From positions 1,058,338 through 1,122,337 of the forward strand of contig CAVZOV010000002.1 of NCBI GenBank assembly GCA_963776985.1: a stretch of DNA of 64,000 nucleotides, read 5' to 3'. The stretch comes from an uncultured Solirubrobacterales bacterium. Lineage in GTDB: Bacteria > Actinomycetota > Thermoleophilia > Solirubrobacterales > Solirubrobacteraceae. This document shows positions 17,759 through 26,980 of the stretch, one piece after another (within the stretch, counting starts at the first letter, position 1; each line of letters begins with the position of its first letter). The translations under genes and the position numbers were made by a program. Under the pieces are notes generated by a model. The model did no database searches. It was not told where the DNA came from and worked only from the letters and a program-made list of their open reading frames with translations.

Positions 17759-18601
17759 TCATTCCCCGGCGTCGGCTCCAGTTTTTGTCACGAACATCGA
17801 TGCTCCATCGCTGGAGAGCGCCTTTCTCACAAGGCCCGGGGCGAGTACCCGAGCAATGCCCGCGAGGGCGTACGGTCTCGGTACATAGCGCTCCGCCTTG
17901 CCATGCAAGCCGACATCCACGATCGCCTCGGCCGCGCGCTCGGGGGTTGAGACGATCCAGCGCGTCATGCGGCGGGCCGTCAGCTCGGCGGCCGGGAAGC
18001 CCTCGGTCACAATGAAGCCAGGAAGCACCAGACCGACGTGGATGCCATGGGGACGCTCCTCGGCAAACAGCGCATCGCTCCAACCCGTAAGCGCGAACTT
18101 GCTGGCAGAATAGGCGCCGGCGCCAGGCCTGGCGACGCGCGCTGCCGTGCTGGACACGTTCACGATCGCGCCGGGGGCAGACGAGCGCAACAGAGGCAGC
18201 AGCTTCTCGGTGAGGCGCACGGTTGCGTCGAAGTTGAGCTGCATCGTTTGGCGCACGTTGGCGTAGCCACCATCGGCGAAGCCCGCTCGCCACGACGCGC
18301 CGGCATTGTTGACCAACAGCGTCAGATTCTCGTGATGGCCGCGTACGTGATCGAGCACTCGCTGAGGAGCATCCGCCGTCGTCAGATCCACGGCGAGAAA
18401 GCTGGTTTGCGCTGGCAACGTGTCCGCGAGCGCGCGCAAGCGATCCTCGCGACGCGCGACAAGCACCAGCCGCGCACCCGGCTCGCGCGCCAAGCGACGC
18501 GCGGTGGCCTCGCCGATGCCGCTCGACGCGCCGGTTATGAGCGCAACCAGAGACGCCGGTCCAGCGCCCGCGTGATGTTTATGTGGGGTGTGGTCGCTCA
18601 T
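17759..18601 (-). CDS. SDR-family short-chain dehydrogenase/reductase
   Basis: TGASSGIG cofactor motif, NNAG, and catalytic YSASK. ATG 18601 chosen over track start 18730. Confidence 0.85.
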   Translation of the reverse strand: MSDHTPHKHHAGAGPASLVALITGASSGIGEATARRLAREPGARLVLVARREDRLRALADTLPAQTSFLAVDLTTADAPQRVLDHVRGHHENLTLLVNNAGASWRAGFADGGYANVRQTMQLNFDATVRLTEKLLPLLRSSAPGAIVNVSSTAARVARPGAGAYSASKFALTGWSDALFAEERPHGIHVGLVLPGFIVTEGFPAAELTARRMTRWIVSTPERAAEAIVDVGLHGKAERYVPRPYALAGIARVLAPGLVRKALSSDGASMFVTKTGADAGE

Positions 18602-18789
18602 AGGTTGCAGGCGCCATTGCGTTTGGGCCGCGAGGATCGTGCAGAACAATACGACTCTCCGGTAGCTCCGATCGGATGGTCTCACGATCAACAGCTCAGA
18701 GACATGGTGCCCGCGGGTTCGCGATGGCATCGCCGTTGGCCGAGGGATCTTGCGCCTACCATCCGATCGATGAGGAAGGTCGCTCAGTC

Positions 18790-19239
18790 ATGGTGTGGGG
18801 ATCGGCGGTCGCGTTGAGCGAACCCGATGGCTCCCAGCGAGCGCTGCAGATCGCCGATGGGCCGACGATCCCACTCTCCGAGGTGACTGTGCGCGCAAGT
18901 CGCTCATCTGGTCCGGGAGGCCAGCACGCCAACGTCACCGCGTCGCGTGTCGAAGCGAGTTTCGACGTGCTCGCCTCGCCCACGCTAAGCGACGCGCAAC
19001 GGGACCGAATCCTGGCGCGCATCGGGCCACGAGTGGTCGCGATCGCCCAGGACGAGCGCTCCCAAGCACGCAACCGCGAGTTGGCCTTGGCCCGCCTCGG
19101 CGAGCGGCTCTCGAGGGCGCTGGCCGTTCCCAAGAGCCGACGTGCCACCAGACCGACTGCGGCCTCGCGCGAGCGACGCCTTCAAGCCAAGCGCCGGGCG
19201 ACCGAACGCAAGCGCGAGCGTCGTCCGCCCGAGGAATAG
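18790..19239 (+). CDS. arfB: alternative ribosome-rescue factor ArfB (peptidyl-tRNA hydrolase, GGQ protein)
   Basis: GPGGQHANVT GGQ motif and a basic C-terminal tail (KSRRATRPTAASRERRLQAKRRATERKRERR). The ~150-aa size from ATG 18790 fits ArfB. Confidence 0.8.
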   Translation: MVWGSAVALSEPDGSQRALQIADGPTIPLSEVTVRASRSSGPGGQHANVTASRVEASFDVLASPTLSDAQRDRILARIGPRVVAIAQDERSQARNRELALARLGERLSRALAVPKSRRATRPTAASRERRLQAKRRATERKRERRPPEE

Positions 19240-19271
19240 CCGCGGTTCGGGCGGGACGGTTGCTCGCGGCT

Positions 19272-21401
19272 CTATCCGAGCGTGGCTTCGCGCGGTAGGA
19301 CCGGCAAAGCTGTCCGCCGCTTGGGGGAGGTGGCAAGCTCCGGCACGGGGTCGGCCTCGCCGCGCAAACGACGATACGGCCAAACAACATTGCAGTAGGA
19401 CAGTACGCGCCGCCGGTCCTCCTCCTCGCAAGCGACGATCGCGGCGCCGATGCGCCACTCCCCACTGTGTGCCAAGCATGAGCGTACGGCCACCTGAAGT
19501 CTTGTCGGGACAGAGTCACGGCCGACGCCGGGGAGCTGGACGGTGAGATCCGCGAGCGTGCCGATGGGCAAGGGACGCGATAGCTCAAAGCCGACCCCGC
19601 TGGTGGTGATGTCGTGCATCCGTCCGAGCAGCGAAGGATCGCTGTCGCGCAAATTCCCGTTCGGGACGATTACCGCTCCGGCGGCTATGGGAGTCCGGTA
19701 CTCGCCTCGCAGCTGTCGCCGGCGCCCCACGAACGCAAGAGTGCGCGTGATTCGGCGCAACTCGAAAGCGCCGAGCAGGGGTAGGAACCATGCGGCGAAG
19801 CCATGCATCACAGGCAGTGGCCCAACGCCAAAATCCTCGAGGATTCGCAGCAAAAGCCCCAAGCCGAGCAGCCCGGCGAGGACGAGCAGCGCGCGGAACT
19901 GGCGTACCGCTTCCCAGCCGCCACGGTCGATACCCTCCTTCGGGGTTACTCGAAAGTTAGCCCGCCCCGGTCGAACGACGCAGCGCAGCGCACGCGCAAA
20001 AATCTCGGCCGTACACAGTTCGTAGTGTGTCGCCTCGCCGCTGCTCTGTTGTCCACGGCACAGGGCGGAGCCGGCAAGCACCATCAGCAAAGTCGCGGGA
20101 GCCCATAGGGATGCGAGCGCCACTGGAGCGATTCGCAGTGGTAGCGCTCCCGTCCAAAGCACAGCCGCGAGCACCAACACCATCAGCAGCCGCACCGGAC
20201 CGGCCAGGTAAGAGAGCAGGCTGGCCAGGTAGCTCAGGCGCTGACTGAACGTCAGCTCGTGTGCGCGCAGGGGACTCTCTGGCGTCGTGAAGACGGCGAG
20301 ATTGCCTCGCGCCCAGCGGTCGCGCTGGAGAAGATAGGCAGCGAGATCGTGAGGAGCGCGTCCTTGCGCGATGATGCGCTCGTCGTAGTGGGTGCGCCAG
20401 CCGCGCCGGTGGAGCTTGATCGTCGTATGGAAATCCTCCGCGATGGTGTCGGTGGCCACGCCCCCGACGGAGAGCAGCGCCTCACGTCGGATCAGCGCAC
20501 ACGAGCCACACCAAAAAGCGGCGTTGTGGCGGTTCTTGCCGACGCAAATCGCCGAGAAGAACACCGACTGCTCGTGTCGGCCAAGGTCATAGTGCTGGAT
20601 CGAATCGTGGTTTGAGAAGTCGTGGGGTGTCTGCACAAGCGCCACGTTGGAGTCCTCGAAGTAGCCAACCATCGTCTCCAGCGCGTCAGGCAGCGGCACA
20701 TGGTCGGCATCGAGCACAAGCACCAGTTCGCCATCGGTTTGCGGCAGCGCATGATTGATGTTGCCCGCCTTTGCGTGACTTTTGTCGGGACGCGTCATGT
20801 AGCGAACACCCCATCGACTCGCAAGCTCGGCGATCTCTTCGCGAGCGCCGTCGTCCAAGATCCAGGTGGTGTGCGGATAGCTCATGAGCGCACAGCCCGC
20901 CAGTGTCGCCTCGAGCACCGCGGGTGCCTCGTCGTATGTGCAGATGTAGACGTCGACGCTGCTTCCCGGGGCGGCGGGCGGGCGTTCGCCCGGACTCACA
21001 TCCCAGGTGAGCCACGCAAGTGTCGCGAGATTCCACAGGCCGTACAGCTCGGTGACCAGCAGGCACGCCCACAGCAGAACGTTTGATCGATGCCAGCTCC
21101 AGCCGATTCGCCAAGCGAGATATGTCATCGACCAGCACAACGCCACGACGACGAGCAGCCGCAGCAGACGGGGATGGCGCGCCCACCAAGAGCCCCAGCT
21201 CCGTGCGACAGTGGCGCCATCGGACGGAGCGTCGGCAGCTCTCCGGGGCATCGGCAGACCAAGCAGCGCCCAGCCAAGCACGCCGAGTGCCACCCGTGGC
21301 AGCGGTTGGTGCATTCGCTTCTTATGCCCGCCAGCCGTCTGCGGTCGCGGCACTCGAAGTCGTCGCTGAGGACGGCGTGGCTGTTCCACAACGTTTGGCA
21401 T
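19272..21401 (-). CDS. BcsA-like family-2 glycosyltransferase (processive beta-glycan synthase) with C-terminal PilZ domain
   Basis: GT2 motifs LVLDADH, QTPH and QRDRWARG (QxxRW), with multiple TM helices. C-terminal PilZ signature RRRQLRGEYR ... DITTSGVGFE. Start uncertain (21401 or 21314); the track start at 21482 would overlap the divergent gene. Confidence 0.8.
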   Translation of the reverse strand: MPNVVEQPRRPQRRLRVPRPQTAGGHKKRMHQPLPRVALGVLGWALLGLPMPRRAADAPSDGATVARSWGSWWARHPRLLRLLVVVALCWSMTYLAWRIGWSWHRSNVLLWACLLVTELYGLWNLATLAWLTWDVSPGERPPAAPGSSVDVYICTYDEAPAVLEATLAGCALMSYPHTTWILDDGAREEIAELASRWGVRYMTRPDKSHAKAGNINHALPQTDGELVLVLDADHVPLPDALETMVGYFEDSNVALVQTPHDFSNHDSIQHYDLGRHEQSVFFSAICVGKNRHNAAFWCGSCALIRREALLSVGGVATDTIAEDFHTTIKLHRRGWRTHYDERIIAQGRAPHDLAAYLLQRDRWARGNLAVFTTPESPLRAHELTFSQRLSYLASLLSYLAGPVRLLMVLVLAAVLWTGALPLRIAPVALASLWAPATLLMVLAGSALCRGQQSSGEATHYELCTAEIFARALRCVVRPGRANFRVTPKEGIDRGGWEAVRQFRALLVLAGLLGLGLLLRILEDFGVGPLPVMHGFAAWFLPLLGAFELRRITRTLAFVGRRRQLRGEYRTPIAAGAVIVPNGNLRDSDPSLLGRMHDITTSGVGFELSRPLPIGTLADLTVQLPGVGRDSVPTRLQVAVRSCLAHSGEWRIGAAIVACEEEDRRRVLSYCNVVWPYRRLRGEADPVPELATSPKRRTALPVLPREATLG

Positions 21402-21480
21402 GTGCAGCTCATCGGCGCAGCGAGTGGCCTGGTTGAGCCGGCCAAACCATCGTGAACGGCGATTTGCGACGCTTAGCAGC

Positions 21481-21990
21481 ATGTATCACGTCGAGCTGCG
21501 CCAGTTTCCCCACAATTTCTGCCATTTCAACCTCACCGAAGGAGAGCTGCGCGAGGCGGTCCTCGACTCGTGGGCGCGAGGAGAGTGGCTCGAGTTCGGC
21601 GAACGCAAGTGGAACCCCAACCAAGCTCAGCTGACCGTGTTCGAGGGTCCTCGCCTAGCACTCGATCAGCTCTCGATGGGACGTGGTTGGCGTGCTGCGG
21701 TACGCGAAGGTCAGGATGTCACCGAGCGGATGCTCGCGGCCACCCGTGCCGATGCCGACGTGTCAGGTGGGACGCATACGGGTACTGCTGCGAGCGGTCA
21801 GGTGCCTGCTCGCGAAGCGCCCGTGCCCGGGCCAGATCCCGCGGTCGTGACTCTGGTCGGGGAGCTGGTCGGACTGCTGGGCGAGGATCCCATGTCGCTC
21901 CTGCGAGCTTGGCAACTCGCGCTGGAACGTCATCCGGATCGCACCCCGAGCGAATCCCTCGCGCTCGCCGAAGACCTCTTGCGCGGTTGA
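21481..21990 (+). CDS. hypothetical protein
   Basis: ATG at 21481 (MYHVELRQFPHNFCHFNLTEGELREAV...). Divergent from the synthase gene. No family recognised. Confidence 0.5.
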   Translation: MYHVELRQFPHNFCHFNLTEGELREAVLDSWARGEWLEFGERKWNPNQAQLTVFEGPRLALDQLSMGRGWRAAVREGQDVTERMLAATRADADVSGGTHTGTAASGQVPAREAPVPGPDPAVVTLVGELVGLLGEDPMSLLRAWQLALERHPDRTPSESLALAEDLLRG

Positions 21991-22021
21991 TCTGACGCTA
22001 AACTCACGCCTAGCTTCGCTT

Positions 22022-22095
22022 GGTGGGCGTAGCTCAGTTGGTAGAGCTCCGGGTTGTGGTCTCGGCGGTCGCGGGTTCGAATCCCGTCGCTCACC
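22022..22095 (+). tRNA. tRNA-His (anticodon GTG) with encoded G-1
   Basis: G-1 plus acceptor GTGGGCG/CGCTCAC, discriminator C. Anticodon stem CCGGG/CTCGG with loop TTGTGGT, T-arm GCGGG-TTCGAAT-CCCGT. Confidence 0.9.
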
Positions 22096-22096
22096 C
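22051..22096. repeat. attL-like copy of a 46-bp direct repeat (3' part of tRNA-His)
   Basis: gggttgtggtctcggcggtcgcgggttcgaatcccgtcgctcaccc is identical at 34418-34463. Confidence 0.85.
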
Positions 22097-22127
22097 TCAC
22101 GAAAAGCCTGCAAAATCGTGGTTTCAT

Positions 22128-23663
22128 GTAGGCGTTCAGTCCTTTGGGCTTTACATAACAAGGTTTGGTTGGCTGGGCGGCGAACGTGGTTGGTGTGGAG
22201 CGGTCTGAGGCTGAGGCGGTTTATGACTCGGGGCGTGAGGCGTGTGTGGAGTTCTTGATGCGGTTGGAGCAACGGTTGCGCGCGGTCGAGCAGAAGGTGG
22301 CTCCCACTTCGCGTAATAGCTCCTCGCCACCGTCGGCTGATGCTCCGAAGACTCGTCAGCAGCGTCGGGCGGAGGCGCGGGAGAAAGCTAAGGATTTGGC
22401 TCGCGAGGACGCCAAGCAGCGTAAGGCGGGCGGTCAGCCCGGTCATCCGGGCGTGGGGCGAGAGCTGCTGTCTGAGGACCAGATGAGTGAGATCGTTGAT
22501 CATTACCCCGAGGAGTGCTCCGGGTGCGGGCGGGAGTTCACCGATGCTGAGAAGGTCCCGCGTCATGGGCCCGGCCGCCATCAGGTTGCCGAGCTGCCAC
22601 CAACGACGGTTGTGTATGTCGAGCATCGCACCCATCGGTTGCGGTGCTCGGGATGCGCTAAGCGGACTCGCGCAGTTCTCGGGACGATTGGCGAGTCGGC
22701 GTTCGGGCCGTGGTTGCAGGCGGCGGTGGTGGCGTTGACGGCGCGTAACCGGATCTCGCGGCGGGACATGAGCGAGCTTGCCTGGGAGCTGTTCGGGGTG
22801 CGGGTCTCGGTCGGCGCGATCGATCAGATCTGTCAGCGCACCTCAGGGCTGCTCGCCGGCCCGCACGAGCGTCTCACGAGCCAGGTGCTGGGCTCTGGCG
22901 CGGTAAACGTCGATGAGACCGGCTGGTTCCTTGCCGGAGATAACCGCACGATGTGGACTGCTACGACTGCGCAGGCGGCGATCTTCCGGATCGTTGAGGA
23001 TCGCCACCGCGACCGGCTCGAAGCGCTGCTCGGCAACGATTTTCACGGGATCGTGACCTCGGACCGGTGGTGGGCGTACGACCTCCTGAACCCCGAGCAG
23101 CGACAAGCCTGTTGGAGTCACCTGCAACGGGACTTCCGGTTCCACAGCGAAGGGTTGGCCGCCCAGCAGCAGTTCGGAGAAGCCGGCCTCGCGCTCACCC
23201 GCCGACTGTTTGAGGTCTGGCACGCGTTCGCCGAGCACCGAGATCGCCGTTGGCTGACACGCGAGATGAAACCGGTCATGGCCGATCTCCGCAAGCTGCT
23301 CGAGCATGCCGCCAACGGCAGCAAACGCCACCGCCTGCACCGCCGATTCGCGAACAACCTTCTGAAGATTTGGCCCGCGCTCTGGACGTTCGTGACGATC
23401 GACGGCGTCACCCCGACGAACAACGCTGCCGAGCGCGCGCTCCGCGGACCGGTGATCCACCGCAAGCTCTCCCACGGCAACCAATCCGATGACGGCGAGC
23501 GATTCACCGAACGGTCCCTCTCCGCCTCAGTGACCTGCCGCCTCCAACACCGCTCCCTGCTCGCCTACCTCCGCGAACTACTCACCACCCACCAACACGG
23601 CGGTGCCCTCCCCGCCCTCCTCTGACCCGCAGCCCCCGGGAACCCAAAGGACTGAACGGCTAC
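22128..23663 (+). mobile_element. IS66-family insertion sequence (single-ORF, ISBst12-like type)
   Basis: 21-bp terminal IRs: GTAGGCGTTCAGTCCTTTGGG at 22128-22148, against the reverse complement of 23643-23663, GTAGCCGTTCAGTCCTTTGGG (20/21). 8-bp target duplication GGTTTCAT at 22120-22127 and 23664-23671. Confidence 0.85.
22165..23625 (+). CDS. IS66-family transposase
   Basis: zf-IS66-like CSGCG...CSGC, VNVDETGW (DETP-type) and CWSHLQRDF (CWAHxRR-type) blocks. 486 aa. Confidence 0.8.
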   Translation: MVGWAANVVGVERSEAEAVYDSGREACVEFLMRLEQRLRAVEQKVAPTSRNSSSPPSADAPKTRQQRRAEAREKAKDLAREDAKQRKAGGQPGHPGVGRELLSEDQMSEIVDHYPEECSGCGREFTDAEKVPRHGPGRHQVAELPPTTVVYVEHRTHRLRCSGCAKRTRAVLGTIGESAFGPWLQAAVVALTARNRISRRDMSELAWELFGVRVSVGAIDQICQRTSGLLAGPHERLTSQVLGSGAVNVDETGWFLAGDNRTMWTATTAQAAIFRIVEDRHRDRLEALLGNDFHGIVTSDRWWAYDLLNPEQRQACWSHLQRDFRFHSEGLAAQQQFGEAGLALTRRLFEVWHAFAEHRDRRWLTREMKPVMADLRKLLEHAANGSKRHRLHRRFANNLLKIWPALWTFVTIDGVTPTNNAAERALRGPVIHRKLSHGNQSDDGERFTERSLSASVTCRLQHRSLLAYLRELLTTHQHGGALPALL

Positions 23664-23901
23664 GGTTTCATGCGGAGAGGTGCCTGGGAGGCATTTGTTC
23701 CGTGCGGAACAAATTTCGGTACGTTTTGCGCTCGCTTGGCGAGATGCGCCATGCAATTGGGCTGCGAGTGGGATAGCGATTCGCGCTCATACGGGGTAGG
23801 GGCGGCGTTTTCGCTCGCTCTTTGGGGAGTCATCAGGTCGAAGTCAGTCAAGGAATCCAGTAACCGCCGGGACGCTTTTGACGCAGACGGGGGAGGGTTT
23901 A

Positions 23902-24993
23902 CTAGTGTCCCGCGCCGTTAATTCGTTGTAGAAGTCGTGAGATGGAGTCTAGGGTTTGCTCTGCGGTCTTGGTCCAGATGAATGGCTTGGGGCTTTCGTT
24001 CCATTTGTTGACCCAGTCGCGGATATCTTTCTCCAACGCGTGGACGCTGCGGTGATCTGAGCGACGTAGCAGATCGTCTGTGAGGTAGGCGAACCATCGC
24101 TCGACCTGGTTGATCCAGCTGGAGTACGTCGGGGTGTAGTGCATGTGAAACCGGGGGTGTGCGGTCAGCCAGCGTTGGATGGCGGGGCTCTTGTGGGTGG
24201 CGTAGTTATCGCAGACGAGGTGCACGTCGAGATGCTCGGGGACCTGACTGTCGATCTTGACCAGGAACTTCTTGAACTCGATCGCGCGGTGGCGGCGGTG
24301 CGTTGAGCTGATGACGGTCCCGTCGGCGGTGTTAAACGCAGCAAACAGGCTGGTCGTGCCGTGGCGCAGATAGTCGTGGGTGCGCTTCTCCGGCATGCCC
24401 GGCATCATTGGAAACGCCGGCTGGGAGCGCGCGAGCGCTTGCACCTGGCTCTTCTCATCCACGCTCAAGACGACTGCGGCTTCGGGCGGATTCAGATACA
24501 GGCCGCAGATGTCATAGACCTTCTCCACAAACAGCGGGTCGTTGGAGAGCTTGAATGTATCCGCGCGATGGGGCTTCAGATCAAACGCTCGCCAGATCCG
24601 CCCGATCGTCGACTTTGACAATCCCGAGCGCTCGGCCATCTTCGCGCGCGACCAATGCGTCGCGTTCTCCGGCGTGGACTCCAACGTCGCTACGACCACG
24701 TCCTCGACCTGCTCAGCGGTGATGCTCGCCGGACGTCCCGGACGCGGATCATCGGACAATCCGTCCAACCGCAGCTCACAAAACCGTCGGCGCCACTTCC
24801 CGACCGTCGGCGTCGACACACCACACGCCACCGCAACATCCTTATTGGAATACCCCTCCGCGCACCGCAAAACGATCCGCGAGCGCAACGCCAACGCCTG
24901 CGAAGACTTCCTACGCCGCTCCCACCGCACCAACTGATCGCGCTCCGCATCGGTCAACTCCAACACCTGCTTGGGCCGTCCAGTTCTCACCAT
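23902..24993 (-). CDS. IS630-family transposase
   Basis: HTH N-terminus plus a DDE_3-type core (LSVDEKSQVQAL, LVCDNYATHKS, YSSWINQVERWF). ATG 24993 preferred. The TAG stop spans the element tip and the flanking TA. Confidence 0.9.
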   Translation of the reverse strand: MVRTGRPKQVLELTDAERDQLVRWERRRKSSQALALRSRIVLRCAEGYSNKDVAVACGVSTPTVGKWRRRFCELRLDGLSDDPRPGRPASITAEQVEDVVVATLESTPENATHWSRAKMAERSGLSKSTIGRIWRAFDLKPHRADTFKLSNDPLFVEKVYDICGLYLNPPEAAVVLSVDEKSQVQALARSQPAFPMMPGMPEKRTHDYLRHGTTSLFAAFNTADGTVISSTHRRHRAIEFKKFLVKIDSQVPEHLDVHLVCDNYATHKSPAIQRWLTAHPRFHMHYTPTYSSWINQVERWFAYLTDDLLRRSDHRSVHALEKDIRDWVNKWNESPKPFIWTKTAEQTLDSISRLLQRINGAGH

Positions 24994-25041
24994 GCCACAG
25001 CTTATCACACTTAAGTACCGAACTTAAGGCGCAGGACACTA
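23903..25041 (-). mobile_element. IS630-family insertion sequence flanked by TA
   Basis: IRs: GTGTCCCGCGCCGTTAATTCG from 23905, against the reverse complement of the right end, GTGTCCTGCGCCTTAAGTTCG (17/21). TA on both flanks (23903-23904 and 25040-25041). Confidence 0.85.
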
Positions 25042-25425
25042 GGTCACCGTGCCAGGAGAGTTCGACCCATTGTGATCCTCGGATCGTGCTTCAGGTGCGT
25101 ACTCTTCTGCCGATCAGGCGATGAATGATCAGCGATATTGGCTCGATCACGGTCGCTCACCGGAAATTGTTGGTTCAGGTAGTCGCTAACACCCGAAGGC
25201 ATTAGCGCGAGGTGGGGCTGATCCAACGCCTCTTTTCGTCCGAAGGGGGCACGAGATCGGCGGCAACGATGGCTACCGCTCGCCCAAAGCAAAGCAGGTG
25301 CCGCAGCCCTCCTTTCCGCGCACAGCAGGTGGCTTGGCGCACACGCGAAGATGCTCGTCGCACGGTGGACGCAGGCTGTTGCTTTGCGACTTCGATGTCC
25401 GAGCCCGGCGAGACGATCACCCGTT

Positions 25426-26787
25426 ATGAACGTGATCCTGAATCAGAAGACGATCAATCAGTGGATCTACGAGGTGGAACCGCACCAGTTGGTGTTCCCG
25501 CCGACCTGCGATGTCTGCGGGAAATCGGAGGTCACAAAGGTCGTGTCGCGTGAGATTGATCGTGGGCGGATGTACATCGTGCGGCACTCTAACCCGGGCT
25601 TCGATCCCTCAGCGGCACTCGCGTTCTGTGAGGAATGCTGGCCCCGCTGGCTGATGTGGAGGGCTCGGATGGGTTTTGACCTGCACTGGGAGCACTCGTC
25701 TGGCGCGGCGTGCCACGCCGGATGCCTAGCTCGGCAGGGCGGACGGCGTACCCAGTTGCTGGCTCAGATGTCGATGCTCACGTCTCGCACTGACGGGTTC
25801 TTCGCACAGAAGAGTATCGACGGGATGCCCACGATCAACGGGTCGCCCTTGCTCATGGCTATGCGGATGAGCCACTTCTTGTACCGGATGCTCCAACGCC
25901 AGGCGTACTACGAGTCGATCGGGGACCCGACCGAGGTACAGTCCCAGTTGCTGCGCGCGTTCCAGCTCAGCGAGATCATTGGTGTCCCGAGGGCGCAGAC
26001 TGACGGGATTTTGATCATCGTCGAGGCGTTCGAGTCGTGGTACAAGGCGCCAGATGGGGACGTCGGTATGCCGAAGCCGGGCGACAAGTCGATCGGGCTG
26101 CACTGCGTTCACCTCACCCACTACTCAGACTCGGGGGCGATTCTCGGCTTCTGGAACTCTTGGGGTTCCGGATGGGGAAAGCGCGGCCACGGCACGATCT
26201 CGTTCGAGTACCTCGAGATGTACTTCTATGAGGCCTTCGTAACCAGGCGCGCACGGTTCGGTCCCGCAGCCTGGAACTTCGCCTCTCTTCCGGATGACAT
26301 GACACGCCAGGACCTTCGCGGTCGTCTAATGCTCCAGACTTGGCGCCAGCGAATTCGCAAGAGGGGCCTGCACGAGGAGAACTGGGTGGTCGAGGTCTAT
26401 GAGACGCCCTCGCCGACTACCGGTCGTCGGGTGCTATGCGCCGAAGTGCAGAACGGGTTTGGCCTGCGCCTCGGATGGGCCTTTCTGAGGGACCATCACG
26501 ACCCAGATGGTCACATTCTCGAGATCACCGAGCTATTCGTCTGGCCGACATTTCGGAGAATGGGTATAGGCCGGTTCCTTGAGGATGTCGCAGTCGACTA
26601 CGCGACCGCTTGGGGTTGCGGTGAACTCCATCTGATGATGAACGAGGCCGACGCTGTCGTCGGGCCGCCACGCGCGGCGGCGAGACTCTTCGCTCAGGCG
26701 CTCGGCTACCAGTGGCGATGGCGCAACGAGGTGGCGCCGCGCCGCATGGCCACCGCGATCAAGTCGGTCAGTCGCGCGTCGACGTGA
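25426..26787 (+). CDS. hypothetical multidomain protein: N-terminal CxxC...CxxC Zn-ribbon-like segment, papain-like (C1-type) peptidase-like core, C-terminal GNAT acetyltransferase-like domain
   Basis: CDVCG...CEEC. HCVHLTHY...FWNSWGSGWGKRGHG resembles the His...Asn-Ser-Trp-Gly-x-x-Trp-Gly block of papain-family peptidases. ITELFVWPTFRRMGIGRFL resembles GNAT motif A (R/Q-x-x-G-x-G/A). ATG 25426 chosen. Confidence 0.55.
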   Translation: MNVILNQKTINQWIYEVEPHQLVFPPTCDVCGKSEVTKVVSREIDRGRMYIVRHSNPGFDPSAALAFCEECWPRWLMWRARMGFDLHWEHSSGAACHAGCLARQGGRRTQLLAQMSMLTSRTDGFFAQKSIDGMPTINGSPLLMAMRMSHFLYRMLQRQAYYESIGDPTEVQSQLLRAFQLSEIIGVPRAQTDGILIIVEAFESWYKAPDGDVGMPKPGDKSIGLHCVHLTHYSDSGAILGFWNSWGSGWGKRGHGTISFEYLEMYFYEAFVTRRARFGPAAWNFASLPDDMTRQDLRGRLMLQTWRQRIRKRGLHEENWVVEVYETPSPTTGRRVLCAEVQNGFGLRLGWAFLRDHHDPDGHILEITELFVWPTFRRMGIGRFLEDVAVDYATAWGCGELHLMMNEADAVVGPPRAAARLFAQALGYQWRWRNEVAPRRMATAIKSVSRAST

Positions 26788-26980
26788 AATTCCCCTTCGG
26801 CCACACGAGCCTGCCCCGCTCTTTGCAAACGCTCGAAGCTCCGTGCTGGCGAAGGTGCAAGACGAGCAATCCCTCCGCTCGGGCACCTACTAGTCTCGCG
26901 CCAATGGCAAGTCGAGAACCGGCACCCGAGGAGCTGGCAGCGGTCGACCTTGTCGCCGCGCGCTCGGCGGGTGTTGGGAG

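Noticed and set aside
16684-17760. Direct repeat of the tRNA-Trp 3' end that would define an island downstream of tRNA-Trp
   Set aside because: I could not find a second copy of cgaggttcgattcctcggtccccc by eye anywhere in the window, so no island boundary is claimed there.
25044-25202. 52-codon minus-strand ORF (MPSGVSDYLNQQFPVSDRDR...) abutting the IS630 end, as a gene truncated by the IS
   Set aside because: Its TGA lies before the IS junction, so it is not interrupted by the insertion. It is too short and motif-free to call.
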